A stretch of DNA of 51,796 bases, from positions 1-51,796 of the IMG/VR virus record IMGVR_UViG_3300020125_000256; one strand, 5' to 3'. The DNA is from a virus (lineage: Duplodnaviria; Caudoviricetes). Below the pieces are notes generated by a model. It worked only from the letters and a program-made list of their open reading frames with translations. It was not told where the DNA came from and did no database searches. Shown here piece after piece: positions 16,901 to 25,521 of this stretch; within the stretch, counting starts at the first letter, position 1; each line of letters starts with the position of its first letter. The translations under genes and the position numbers were made by a program.

Positions 16901-19141
16901 GGCTGTAGGTCGAACGGGTGTCTCTGGAGTAAGTGGTAAGCCGCCCGTAGGTTTAGCTCTTTTCTTCGGGCCTGGGCTTGATAACTCTTGATTAAGTGCA
17001 GAAGATCGCTCACGGAAGGTCCTTTCTATTTCCGGGGTCAAGGTGTTCTGGTCAATGTGCTGCATGTATTCATCGGCAATGTCCTGAAGCTCCTGCTGGA
17101 TTTCAGCATAACGGTCGGCATGGTCCTTTATCTTCTCTCGTCCCTGCGGAGTTATTTCACGCAACTCGCTGATCGGCACCGTCTTGCCCTTGGCAAGCAT
17201 GTCAATTTTCTTTTCCTCACGCTCTGGAACGCTCAAAGACTTCTCCGTCGTCAATTCTGGCCGTCCCATCCTTCGGAAGACTTCCTTTTCGATTTGCCTG
17301 ATGCGTTCGTGTGACAATTTCTGGGGTGCCTGCGGATCAGCCGCCATTTGGCGGTAGGGAGTCCGCAAGGCCATGCGGTTCAGAACTACCCAGCGTTCCA
17401 AGGGCGAGGCATCCACGGCATCAAGGGCTTCAGTTATGGCCCCAGCATCTCCGGCCTGCATTCGAGCCGACAGCCTGCCTATCTTCTCTTTGGGTGACTC
17501 CAGTTGCCCGGATTCAATCTGCCTGCCAACTTCCCTGGCATACTTGCTGAGAACGCTGTTTCCGGGGTAACGGTTGTTTACTGCCTCGATGCCGCCTTTC
17601 TCGAAACTTTCACGAACGTTAGCTTGGATGCTGGCCGGGTTCCTGCCGCTTCTCCGGAGTTGCTCACCCATTCCTGCCAAATCTTGCGGTTGAGGGGCAA
17701 CGGGAGGCTCTGGCGGCTTTGTAAGAGCATCCAGGAAGCCTTGGCCACCTGCTGTTCTGATTCGGGCCTCTATTTCCGCCTGGCTGCCTTTTGTGGTCAG
17801 TCCGAGGCTCTTGGCCACCCTCTTAACGTCGCCAATAGATGGCTGTATTGGGGCTGCTGGAGGCTCGGGAGGTGCTTGGACGGTAGGTGGTGCCTCTGGG
17901 GCCGGTGGAGGCTCAGGCGGGGCTGGTGGGGCCTCCACGGGGGCATTGGCAGGAAATGGTTCTAGATAATGGGCACCGCCAGGTTCCAAAAAGCTAGTGT
18001 CCGGTGGTGTTGGGGCTGGAGGAGGCGGTTCCGGTGGTCTTGGCGGCCCTTGCCAGGCTTCCGGGGGCAGGGATTCGGCCAAATCCAGTGCCATGCCGCG
18101 GGAATAGGTGCTGGGCAGGTCGGAAAACTGGGACATATCCCGATTTCCTTCCTGAACGGCCTGGGAAACGGCCTCTATGGCCTCGCTGGCGTGTTCTCCG
18201 GCTGCCCGGCGGGATAAGCCGGCCCTGGACATCCGATTCATCCAGTTATTGACCGCCTCCATGCTCGGCCTCCCTGGATTGCCATGGGCCACATTGAAGG
18301 CGGCAAAGGTGACGGCACTTACGGCCGCAGAACGTAAACCCTGTTCTGTGCGGTCATTGAGGAGATCATCTAGGGTGCCATAGCCCGATTTGAGGCCGGT
18401 GGCAAAGGCGGCAACATCGGCCAGTTGTTGGCTAAGGACGCCGGTTCCTGTACGGGCCCCGAGGCGGGCAGCATAGTTTTGGAGTCCTCCCCCGACCTCA
18501 CTAGTGGCTCCGAGGACGAGGTTTTGCAGGACACCCAGGCCCAGGGCGGGAGGAAGATCCTCGACGCGACCGCCGCGTTGTGCCCAATCTTCGGCATAGA
18601 GGCTGGGCATAAGGGGGGTAGCGGCTGCTTGGCGGGCCACGAAGCCGCCGACCCGAGAGGCGACGCCGGCACCTTCGGCACCCAGGCGACCGAGGCCAAT
18701 GGCGCCCAGGGCACGTCCGGCCAGGGGACCAGCGGCGACTGACTCGACCAGCATGGCCGGCACGCTCGCCAGGGCGCCACCGATTTCCGCTCCGAGACTT
18801 CTGCCCTGGGCGGCTCGCTGGAACTCTTCCCGCTTGGCAACCAGATCATAATCGGCCTGCTCTGGTCTGCCCTGCTGTATCCGCTCGCGTGCGTTCTGGT
18901 ATTGCCTGTGCTCGATGTGGCCGGCAATGGCACCCGTGAACGGGAAAGGACTGGGAGTGGTCAGAAAGGCAGCCGTATCCGGATCCAGGCCCGTATATCG
19001 TGCCCGTGCTTCCTGCATCTGCTGGACCTGCTCATAACGACGACGCATGTAGCTTTCATCGACGCCTGGGAAGGTTTGCCGAAAGGTATCGGCCACTTCA
19101 TCCCACGGCTTGTCGGCAACGAGCATCTGGTCTTCGGGCAT
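13913..19141 (-). CDS. Large internal virion / DNA-ejection (polyvalent) protein
   Basis: 1742 aa; last gene of structural arm; Ala/Gly-rich amphipathic N-terminus, Pro-rich linkers, helical C-terminus. Confidence 0.7.
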   Translation of the reverse strand: MPEDQMLVADKPWDEVADTFRQTFPGVDESYMRRRYEQVQQMQEARARYTGLDPDTAAFLTTPSPFPFTGAIAGHIEHRQYQNARERIQQGRPEQADYDLVAKREEFQRAAQGRSLGAEIGGALASVPAMLVESVAAGPLAGRALGAIGLGRLGAEGAGVASRVGGFVARQAAATPLMPSLYAEDWAQRGGRVEDLPPALGLGVLQNLVLGATSEVGGGLQNYAARLGARTGTGVLSQQLADVAAFATGLKSGYGTLDDLLNDRTEQGLRSAAVSAVTFAAFNVAHGNPGRPSMEAVNNWMNRMSRAGLSRRAAGEHASEAIEAVSQAVQEGNRDMSQFSDLPSTYSRGMALDLAESLPPEAWQGPPRPPEPPPPAPTPPDTSFLEPGGAHYLEPFPANAPVEAPPAPPEPPPAPEAPPTVQAPPEPPAAPIQPSIGDVKRVAKSLGLTTKGSQAEIEARIRTAGGQGFLDALTKPPEPPVAPQPQDLAGMGEQLRRSGRNPASIQANVRESFEKGGIEAVNNRYPGNSVLSKYAREVGRQIESGQLESPKEKIGRLSARMQAGDAGAITEALDAVDASPLERWVVLNRMALRTPYRQMAADPQAPQKLSHERIRQIEKEVFRRMGRPELTTEKSLSVPEREEKKIDMLAKGKTVPISELREITPQGREKIKDHADRYAEIQQELQDIADEYMQHIDQNTLTPEIERTFRERSSALNQELSSPGPKKRAKPTGGLPLTPETPVRPTATGEVPGQPTGAPPAGQTAQGLAQENAPSGTAAARGGAAGGNVVRPHPEAVISAVREAMAQGNKWQVGKMLQVMNDHFEPEQNLALIASLKQELGLKGQQIRGAPPSKARGINAQAQVEAFKHPFNEFVVEQIRKIAPEEVANAEKEGQLAKRPADKVREDIARIESEVRSEITEEERFRDEWRAGQELADVFGDEAIARQNQAAAPPDAAAGSGAEPAPSAARTTAEPGAAAGPEPGSAGGVRGEPPGAGVAPPIKEAIDPGVALVQDLIRNQQGIVAGPPGFSQDVAAMAARVRQTVSTIWNGMKELGGKMFPRIHGLDQESGEATVRYVAANGYAKEAAPYYIDKILGDKADQNTRRLAGAVITERRLRQIRETHNQDIMQAHQDWLYAPNPKAKADAFDLLQEARQKAARVKTIVGQPNSPLASEAEYQQALNSPFMQEVFQRYREHFVPVIDDFYRRAAGLEDTDPINSRTQIPGEPVNLKHYAEGEQPTASTVFTGEPPARIKNVKIKRDVFAQEATGAAFGYDIDLGSIIENSLSRRSSVAAKAEMFRTMESKGVGFWEKPGQQHEGMSEVPFTSPPRGTQAAKAGQTSFYVHSDALPELVKALDVNERWGKIFGSGLLTRFSLASTVEVAYHGKNLMTMMMKPGMSPINLAKNAMGIIRGDPAIREQLVDLARIGALKESGLESGTLWGGKWDPTTWGGKFLDFMQRTMRLTADNAFDKLHRSGLVEGSEANRRDFINQLGQYNRRGQNKIVAWLRDTGLGPFATAGSNYYAQGLGNLFLSPGVKATSPEAAFKLRMNVLGRFAAVAGAVAFTNWRLWGRADGDDNTPFGAIKLGSKEGKTSYFDLTNLTGLTRGLRETGLLANIEGRRAGARFGPTATKARDDIIHSLSHPVFGPVAQFIHTMATGENAMGMRVSEEARGGENQAWNDFIAAAWNANPLIATVAGKERARATEPTDWRRLLGPFGVRERKRPPGAEPGYRQIWVPAR

Positions 19142-19150
19142 GATCGGCTC

Positions 19151-20539
19151 CTACATCGGCATATCGAAGACGGACTGGGTCGCTGGCGGGGGTGTGCCAT
19201 TTGGCACAGGCGCCTGTGTCCTCGGAGGCCGGGAGATGGGGGCCACAAGGCCGGCTTCCACGAGGCGGTCAAAAGCGGCCCGAGAAGCGGTGGGTACTTC
19301 GCCCCCGGACGGCGGCTCCTCGACTCGTGGCCGATTGCGGGGGCTTATGCCCGAGCGGCGGAGGTGCTCCTGGAGAAGAGATTCGCCGCGGCTGCGAATG
19401 GCCTGGTCTCTGGTGGTCTGATCCTGAACGTGCTGGGCACCTTCCCCCCTTGGAATCTGCGGCATCCAGGGAGGTCGAGGCGGTCTTGCTCCGCGTTCTC
19501 CCGGAGGCTGTTTGGCCCAATCCCTCTCTTCCTTGATCTGGGCGTCATATTCCTTCTGTGCCTGCGTGTAGTATTTGTCCTCCCGTGCCATCTCCTGCTG
19601 GAGAGTGAGTTCCCCATGCCCTCGCAGGGGCGTGGCCGCCATTTCCCCGTTAGCCCGGTGCGAGATCAAGTGCGGTCCCATCGACTCGCCTGTCTCCGGG
19701 TTCCTGAGTACCTGAATTTGCTGCTGTGCCGTCCGCGAGCGTGAGGTTAGGTTCTGCTGCAAGATCGACTCTTGTTGGGCCATCATGTGCTGGAGCATGA
19801 GCCCCTGATGCTGCATGGTGGCCATGGGTAGATTCTCACTCCTCTGTACCAAAGGTCTGGCCCTGGCCCCGATCATGTTGGTAAGTATCTGGGCGTTCTG
19901 ATCGGTCAGCATCCCCGAGGCGTGTTGGTCCTCGACCACCGCCTGGGCCATTCTGAGACGTTGAAGCTGGAGCTCTTCCGGCTGGGAGAGTCGGGCCACA
20001 GACACGTCATTCTGGGCCTGTCGTAAGGCTGCATCGGCTGCCTGGGCCGGGGTAAGCATGGGATCAAGCTTGACGCTGGGATCAAGCAAGGCCCGTCCAT
20101 AGGCTCGCAAGGCTGCATCGGGCGACATCTGGCCACCCCAGGCCATGCGGGCGGCCTGATCGCGTAAGAGGTTGGCCTGCTGCACTGGATTCAAAGGCGT
20201 TCTACCGGCCAGTTCCATGTCCCGGTTGGGCCGGCCGCTGGGTGTGCCAACTGGCTCAGCGTAGCGGGGAATGACTTCACCAGGTGCCTGATAGGGGGGA
20301 TAATCCTCGGAACGTGGCACCCTTGGCCCTTCCGTTTCGCGGCGGTAGTCTTCCGGACGAGGAACACGGGGTCCCTCGGTTTCGCGAGTCTGCTCTAACG
20401 GCGGCACCTCTCTCACCTGCTGGCGGGGACGAAGCCAATCCGGCAAGCCGATCTGTGGCGTCCAATCGGCCTGGCCAAGCCTACCGGCTTCTCGATTGAT
20501 GTCAGCCAAGGGATCACCGAAGATTTCTTCATACGCCAT
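19151..20539 (-). CDS. Putative internal virion (ejection) protein
   Basis: Gln/Pro/Arg-rich; located just before the giant ejection-type gene. Confidence 0.55.
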   Translation of the reverse strand: MAYEEIFGDPLADINREAGRLGQADWTPQIGLPDWLRPRQQVREVPPLEQTRETEGPRVPRPEDYRRETEGPRVPRSEDYPPYQAPGEVIPRYAEPVGTPSGRPNRDMELAGRTPLNPVQQANLLRDQAARMAWGGQMSPDAALRAYGRALLDPSVKLDPMLTPAQAADAALRQAQNDVSVARLSQPEELQLQRLRMAQAVVEDQHASGMLTDQNAQILTNMIGARARPLVQRSENLPMATMQHQGLMLQHMMAQQESILQQNLTSRSRTAQQQIQVLRNPETGESMGPHLISHRANGEMAATPLRGHGELTLQQEMAREDKYYTQAQKEYDAQIKEERDWAKQPPGERGARPPRPPWMPQIPRGEGAQHVQDQTTRDQAIRSRGESLLQEHLRRSGISPRNRPRVEEPPSGGEVPTASRAAFDRLVEAGLVAPISRPPRTQAPVPNGTPPPATQSVFDMPM

Positions 20540-20547
20540 TTGTCACC

Positions 20548-22050
20548 TTACGGTATGGGTCCAATCAAAGCCGCTATCCGGTCCAGGGCCTCTCCCACCG
20601 TACTGGGCTGGTTCAATGCCCAATCTGCCGGGTTGGCCGCCTGGTAGCCGAGGCGGAAGACGTTGGTGTTGTCCTCGACAATGCCGCCCGAGCGGATGAG
20701 GGAGTTGATGAGGAGGGCCACTACCTGTTGATGATACCGGCTACGCTTCCTGGGGTCTTGCTCGTCCCACGGAATCAGGGCAGGCACACGCAGGTTCGTC
20801 TTGCCGTTGAAGTTGGTCGTGCTGGTGCCGATGATCGTCAGAACCGCGGTCAGGCCACCCTGAGCGATGAAATTGGTGGTACTGTTTCCGGTAATGCCGA
20901 GAACGCCTTCCGTGGCAAAGGCACCGGTAAAGGTCGTGCTATTGGTCCCGGCGATGGCCAGGGCGCCCAAGCCACCCAACGAACTGGTGAAATCGGTTGT
21001 GCTGTCTCCAGCGACATCTAGCAGGTCTTCCGCAAGCACCTGGGCCACAAAGGCATTCGTGCTTGTTCCGGCAATCGCCAGAACAGCATCGACCGTGGAT
21101 GTACCTGTGAAGGCGGCTGTGCTGGTGCCGGCGGAACTGAGAATGCCACCGGCTGCCCCCACAAAGGCCGCAGTTGAAGTGCCCGCCGCACTGAGAGCGC
21201 TACCCGTGGCACCCCGGAGCGTAGCAGTGGACGTGCCGGCGGCACTAAAGACTGCCGGGGAACCGCCAGGCAGAGTAAAGGCCCGGATACGTCTTATGCC
21301 ACGAGGATAGCCCTGCGAGGATTCGAGGTAGAGATCACGGACTTCATTGGCTCCAAGAGCCCTGCGATATATGCGGCAGTCGTCAATGTATCCATTCATG
21401 CAGTTCGCGTTGGTGTCCGCACCAAGCGTTTGCGTGTGGCCCGCCGTGTAAAAGATGCTACCCGTAGATGCGAAGCTAGTTTGCTGCTGGCCGTTTACGT
21501 ATAGCCTCCCAGTCAATCCGTCGTAGGTCCCACATAGATGCACCCAGGTTCCGGTTGCCACGCCTGACGATGACGTGGCCTGCACGTTCCATGTACCGGT
21601 CGCCAGACTGACCCAAAAGTTCCAGGTGGTAGTGTTGAGAAACCAAATGGCACCGCTGTTCTCCGCCCCGTTGGCACGATTGGCCATCAAGATGTAAACG
21701 CCGGTGGCTGAGAGATTGATCCAAAATGATTTGGTGATAGCTACGGTTGGGGCCAACTGGCCAGACGTGCCGCACAAAATGTGATGGTTTGCTGTGCCGC
21801 CAAGCTTAAAAGCGCCGAATCCGCCACGCCGGTTTGTGCCTGTCCAGCCTTCGGTCGTTCCCTGCGTGATATTTTTGAGAGTCCCATGATTGCCAAGGCT
21901 CAGATCGGCCGGACCTACCAAGTTGCGCCATTTGGCACCACCCATGAAACCGGGCAAGGCCAGCCACCAGCCGACAAGATCTTTGTTGCCGGCCCAATTC
22001 CAATTGACCGGGCTGGCATAATCAATGATCTTGCCCTGAGCGTCTCGCAT
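20548..22050 (-). CDS. LamG/concanavalin-like domain virion protein with Ala/Gly/Thr repeats
   Basis: WVHLCGTYDG..GRLYVNGQ and GYIDDCRIYRRAL LamG motifs. Confidence 0.85.
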   Translation of the reverse strand: MRDAQGKIIDYASPVNWNWAGNKDLVGWWLALPGFMGGAKWRNLVGPADLSLGNHGTLKNITQGTTEGWTGTNRRGGFGAFKLGGTANHHILCGTSGQLAPTVAITKSFWINLSATGVYILMANRANGAENSGAIWFLNTTTWNFWVSLATGTWNVQATSSSGVATGTWVHLCGTYDGLTGRLYVNGQQQTSFASTGSIFYTAGHTQTLGADTNANCMNGYIDDCRIYRRALGANEVRDLYLESSQGYPRGIRRIRAFTLPGGSPAVFSAAGTSTATLRGATGSALSAAGTSTAAFVGAAGGILSSAGTSTAAFTGTSTVDAVLAIAGTSTNAFVAQVLAEDLLDVAGDSTTDFTSSLGGLGALAIAGTNSTTFTGAFATEGVLGITGNSTTNFIAQGGLTAVLTIIGTSTTNFNGKTNLRVPALIPWDEQDPRKRSRYHQQVVALLINSLIRSGGIVEDNTNVFRLGYQAANPADWALNQPSTVGEALDRIAALIGPIP

Positions 22051-22658
22051 TAGAAGGAGTCGAAGGTAATCAGGGAGATTTCCGCCGCGAACGCCTGACC
22101 GCCGCCCGCGTTATCCACGATGTACCGCAGCCGCGTGTACGTGGACAGATCGAACGATGCCCATACCTCTTCCGCCTGATCCGTGACCTGGGCCGCATTG
22201 GCGTGATTATTGACAAAGACTTCCTCGGGAGTGATCGTCAGGTTGGCCACCAGCTTCACCCGGATCAACTCGTAATTGGCGGCCGAAGTGTCCTTGATGT
22301 AGACGAGGTCGCCAGCGGCAATGTTGGTATTGGCCGTGACAGCCATCGTGGCATCGCCTGCTGTTATGCCAGCCGTGAGCGTCGTATTGGCCACGCTGGC
22401 CCCAAGCTGCATTTGATAGTTGTACAGCGGCACCCAGGAATTATTGCCCGAGGCTGTTGTGCTGGCCTCGATACGGATATTCGGCCAGCCGGCTGTGAAG
22501 GCCGATCCCGATTGCCTGCCCAGACGAATGCCGACCGCTCCGGCCCATTTGGTGGATATGTCTATCCCAGTACCGACGCTGACCGTCCCGGCCGTGCTGG
22601 CGATGTCTGTCCAGGCCAAGAGGGGGGTCTGGATTACTTTGGTCGGTGTCGTGGCCAT
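22050..22658 (-). CDS. Putative structural protein
   Basis: Beta-rich 202 aa ORF, translationally coupled (TAATG). Confidence 0.65.
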   Translation of the reverse strand: MATTPTKVIQTPLLAWTDIASTAGTVSVGTGIDISTKWAGAVGIRLGRQSGSAFTAGWPNIRIEASTTASGNNSWVPLYNYQMQLGASVANTTLTAGITAGDATMAVTANTNIAAGDLVYIKDTSAANYELIRVKLVANLTITPEEVFVNNHANAAQVTDQAEEVWASFDLSTYTRLRYIVDNAGGGQAFAAEISLITFDSF

Positions 22659-23080
22659 TAACGTGCGGCTCCTACTTGTTGGGCGGTAATCACCGTTCCC
22701 GTGCCCCAGAGCGCCTCGGCTCTGCTACCCGTCCTGGAGACAATGGCCTGCATGGCGGTCAGCGTGGCCCCGCTAAATAGAGCTTGCACCGCTGCCCGCA
22801 AGTTTGCATTGGTGGCATCCAGAACACCGGGACCCAGGACCATGGTTAGCTTGGAGGTATTGAGTTGGGTCAGGGCTGCGAAATCAGTTGTGGTGATGCA
22901 GTTGAGGAACTCCTGACTCCGCATGTCGTTGCGGAAGACAGAAGCCGCCCCGGCACTGGTCAGTGAGTTGATGAGATCGGCCACGCCCTGATCGTTGGCT
23001 TTTTGCAAGAGGGTGGCGTAGCCCATGGAGACCGGATCGGTCGTGAGTTCGGTATGCAGTGCTGCGATGGAGAATGCCAT
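22658..23080 (-). CDS. Putative structural protein
   Basis: TAATG coupling at both ends. Confidence 0.65.
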   Translation of the reverse strand: MAFSIAALHTELTTDPVSMGYATLLQKANDQGVADLINSLTSAGAASVFRNDMRSQEFLNCITTTDFAALTQLNTSKLTMVLGPGVLDATNANLRAAVQALFSGATLTAMQAIVSRTGSRAEALWGTGTVITAQQVGAAR

Positions 23081-23892
23081 TAGCCGTAACTCCAATCTCC
23101 CGCCTCGGGCAAGCCTTCAATGTACGGGCTGGGCATCGGTCCCATTTCCGAACCCCCGTAACCGCCTCCTCCCCCGCCATACGCCAGAATGTTCGGCCCG
23201 GTGTTGTAGCCCATGGTGAAGTTGCTCTGGGGACCGCCTCCCCCATACCCGGCCGCCATCCCGTAAGGCGCCCCACCGCCCCCACCACCACCGGCGAACT
23301 GGTGCCCAAAGCCGAACGGGTTGGAAGATCCCCCATAACCTCCCGAGCCGGCGACGCGGGCCTGGGCGTTGAGGCGGGCTATCTCGTACTGGTTCTCAAG
23401 ACCCATGGCCCCCAGGCCAAGCTGCCCCTGCTGCTGGGCATAGGCATTCATGGCCCCCAACTTCTGCTGGGCCAAAGCAGTATTGGCCTGTACCGCCTGC
23501 CCCTGATAGCCAAGCCCCGCCAGACCAAGCTGGGACTGATAACCGGCCTGGAGCTGGGCAAACTGGTTCTGGAGGGCCACCTGGGCCTTCTGCTCATCCA
23601 GAGTGAGGCCCCGCATGACGCCACTTGTCACAGTGGTATTGCCGAGGCCGGCGCTCACGAGTCCTTGCGTGGCGGCCCCGACTTGCTTGGAATAGACATC
23701 GGCGATTTGCTGGGAGGCAGACTTCTCGACTCCCTGGATGCCGCCGAGGACGTTTTGGTAGAGGGTGTTGTAACCGGCTGCCACCTGGTTCTGGGCGGCG
23801 ATCTGGGCGTTCATGGCGGTTTGATAGCCGGCCAGGGTTTGACTGTAGCCCTGGTTGGCGGCATCGAGAAATTGCTGATAGTTTACTGGCAT
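23080..23892 (-). CDS. Putative small ejection/pilot protein
   Basis: Gln/Ala/Gly-rich helical sequence directly after the nozzle gene, as for P22 gp7-like proteins. Confidence 0.55.
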   Translation of the reverse strand: MPVNYQQFLDAANQGYSQTLAGYQTAMNAQIAAQNQVAAGYNTLYQNVLGGIQGVEKSASQQIADVYSKQVGAATQGLVSAGLGNTTVTSGVMRGLTLDEQKAQVALQNQFAQLQAGYQSQLGLAGLGYQGQAVQANTALAQQKLGAMNAYAQQQGQLGLGAMGLENQYEIARLNAQARVAGSGGYGGSSNPFGFGHQFAGGGGGGGAPYGMAAGYGGGGPQSNFTMGYNTGPNILAYGGGGGGYGGSEMGPMPSPYIEGLPEAGDWSYG

Positions 23893-23893
23893 G

Positions 23894-25513
23894 TTATGCT
23901 CCACGACGGCGAATCTTGCCCGTCCCTGCCAATCTTACCCTAATCTGCTCCATGGCCCAAGGAGTTGAGGCCGATAGCTTTACGTAAATGGCATGGGCCG
24001 ACCGGCGAATACCACTGGTAAGGTTCCTGCCCGCTTGCCAGATCCCCGTCGCTACCGGTGTCGAAGCCAGGGCCGCTTCCGCCGTCGATCCCAGGTGCAC
24101 CGAGTAGGTGATGTCGCCCGAGCCGGTGCCGATAATGGCCTGCATGTCCTTGAGAATGACTTCATCCTGCTCTTTGGTCAGGATCGGCCCAATGACGACA
24201 GATGACGCAATAGCCGTCCCATCATCATCCACCGCATCCGGATTGAGGAACCGCACATACCCATCCCAAGACCCAATCAGGGCCACCCGGTCTTGGGACG
24301 TATTGCCGTCGAAGGTGGCACAACAAAGGGGGTTGTGGTAGGGGTTGGCAAACTCGTCCGTCCACCACGCTCCGACCCGCCATTCCCAGAACAGGTGCCG
24401 TGCCGTGGCCACGCCGGCCGTTGGCGTTACGAACACATGAAGACCCTGCAGGCGGTCGTCCCAGATAAGCCGGATGGTATTGGCCCCAGTGTTGACCTTG
24501 GCCAAAAGCTGCTCGATCTGCTGGCTGATCCTTTGCGGCACGGTCAAACCCGTCTGGGGGTTCATCATGTAAATGCCGCACAGGTTCGAGACAAAGTAGA
24601 CGGCCCCATAGGGGTCCTTACACCACGCCTCGCCCCAGGCCATGCCGATGGCGTCGGATACCCTGTCAATTTGCCCTCCAGAGAGGGGATCGCCACGTAT
24701 CACCCAGAGCGTGTGATCCCCTCCCATGAAGAGTACGTCGTCCGTGTACGGAATCAGGCCAGTGATCGTATCCCCCACCAGGCCAAGCTGGCTATTGTTT
24801 CCAGCTACCGCGTCGATGGCCGATGGGGATACGGGCGAGTAGTCGAAGTTGGTCGGGTCGCTGACCTTGGACATGAACCAGTTTTGCCCATCCTTGAGAA
24901 GACCGGACAGGACCGTCCGGCCTCGCCAGGTGCAGATGAGCCGCGGGGTATTGCCGTCCGAATCAACCGGCAGTGTGCCAGCTGTCGCAACCCAGGGGAG
25001 AACGGCATTCAGCTTTGGGTCGTAGAAGAGATAATGGCTGCCATCGGCGAAGTACATCTTCTGGTTATTTACCGCCGAGAAGACGATGCCGTTGGCGTTG
25101 AAGGCGCCGGTGCTGTTGGTGGGGGCGGTCCAGCCGGTGCCGCCGGCATCGACGATGCGAAGATCGCCGTTGGAGATGGCGACCAGTGTTACCACCCGGC
25201 CTGATTGACTTGCTTGCACAACGCCTCCCGGTGGGGGATAACCAATCCCCTCGACTAACCGAATCTCCTGAATCAGCCTCGACCCAGACACCTTCGCATT
25301 GACAAACTTCGATAATCCCGCTCTTTGGGCCCCTCGGGAACGGTTATTGGTCGGATCGAACGAACGCACATTGGTGCCTGCCCTGGTCGTCTTGGAGTAG
25401 GTGCCGTCGGGGAGCTGGACGACGGGCTGTTGCTCGACGGCCTTGCTGATGTCGATCCCGGCCAGAGGAAAGTGCATATCGACATACTGGAAGGTCTCCG
25501 CGAGAGGCGGCAT
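23894..25513 (-). CDS. Tail nozzle / tail tubular protein (P22 gp10 / T7 gp12-like beta-propeller)
   Basis: WRGRTVL..., WFMSKVSDPTNFD, GDTITGL repeated beta blades; position before ejection genes. Confidence 0.7.
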   Translation of the reverse strand: MPPLAETFQYVDMHFPLAGIDISKAVEQQPVVQLPDGTYSKTTRAGTNVRSFDPTNNRSRGAQRAGLSKFVNAKVSGSRLIQEIRLVEGIGYPPPGGVVQASQSGRVVTLVAISNGDLRIVDAGGTGWTAPTNSTGAFNANGIVFSAVNNQKMYFADGSHYLFYDPKLNAVLPWVATAGTLPVDSDGNTPRLICTWRGRTVLSGLLKDGQNWFMSKVSDPTNFDYSPVSPSAIDAVAGNNSQLGLVGDTITGLIPYTDDVLFMGGDHTLWVIRGDPLSGGQIDRVSDAIGMAWGEAWCKDPYGAVYFVSNLCGIYMMNPQTGLTVPQRISQQIEQLLAKVNTGANTIRLIWDDRLQGLHVFVTPTAGVATARHLFWEWRVGAWWTDEFANPYHNPLCCATFDGNTSQDRVALIGSWDGYVRFLNPDAVDDDGTAIASSVVIGPILTKEQDEVILKDMQAIIGTGSGDITYSVHLGSTAEAALASTPVATGIWQAGRNLTSGIRRSAHAIYVKLSASTPWAMEQIRVRLAGTGKIRRRGA

Positions 25514-25521
25514 GGGCAACC

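Noticed and set aside
20310-20390. Short direct repeat encoding RETEGPRVPR twice
   Set aside because: Simple in-frame duplication in a low-complexity region; no sign of a separate function.
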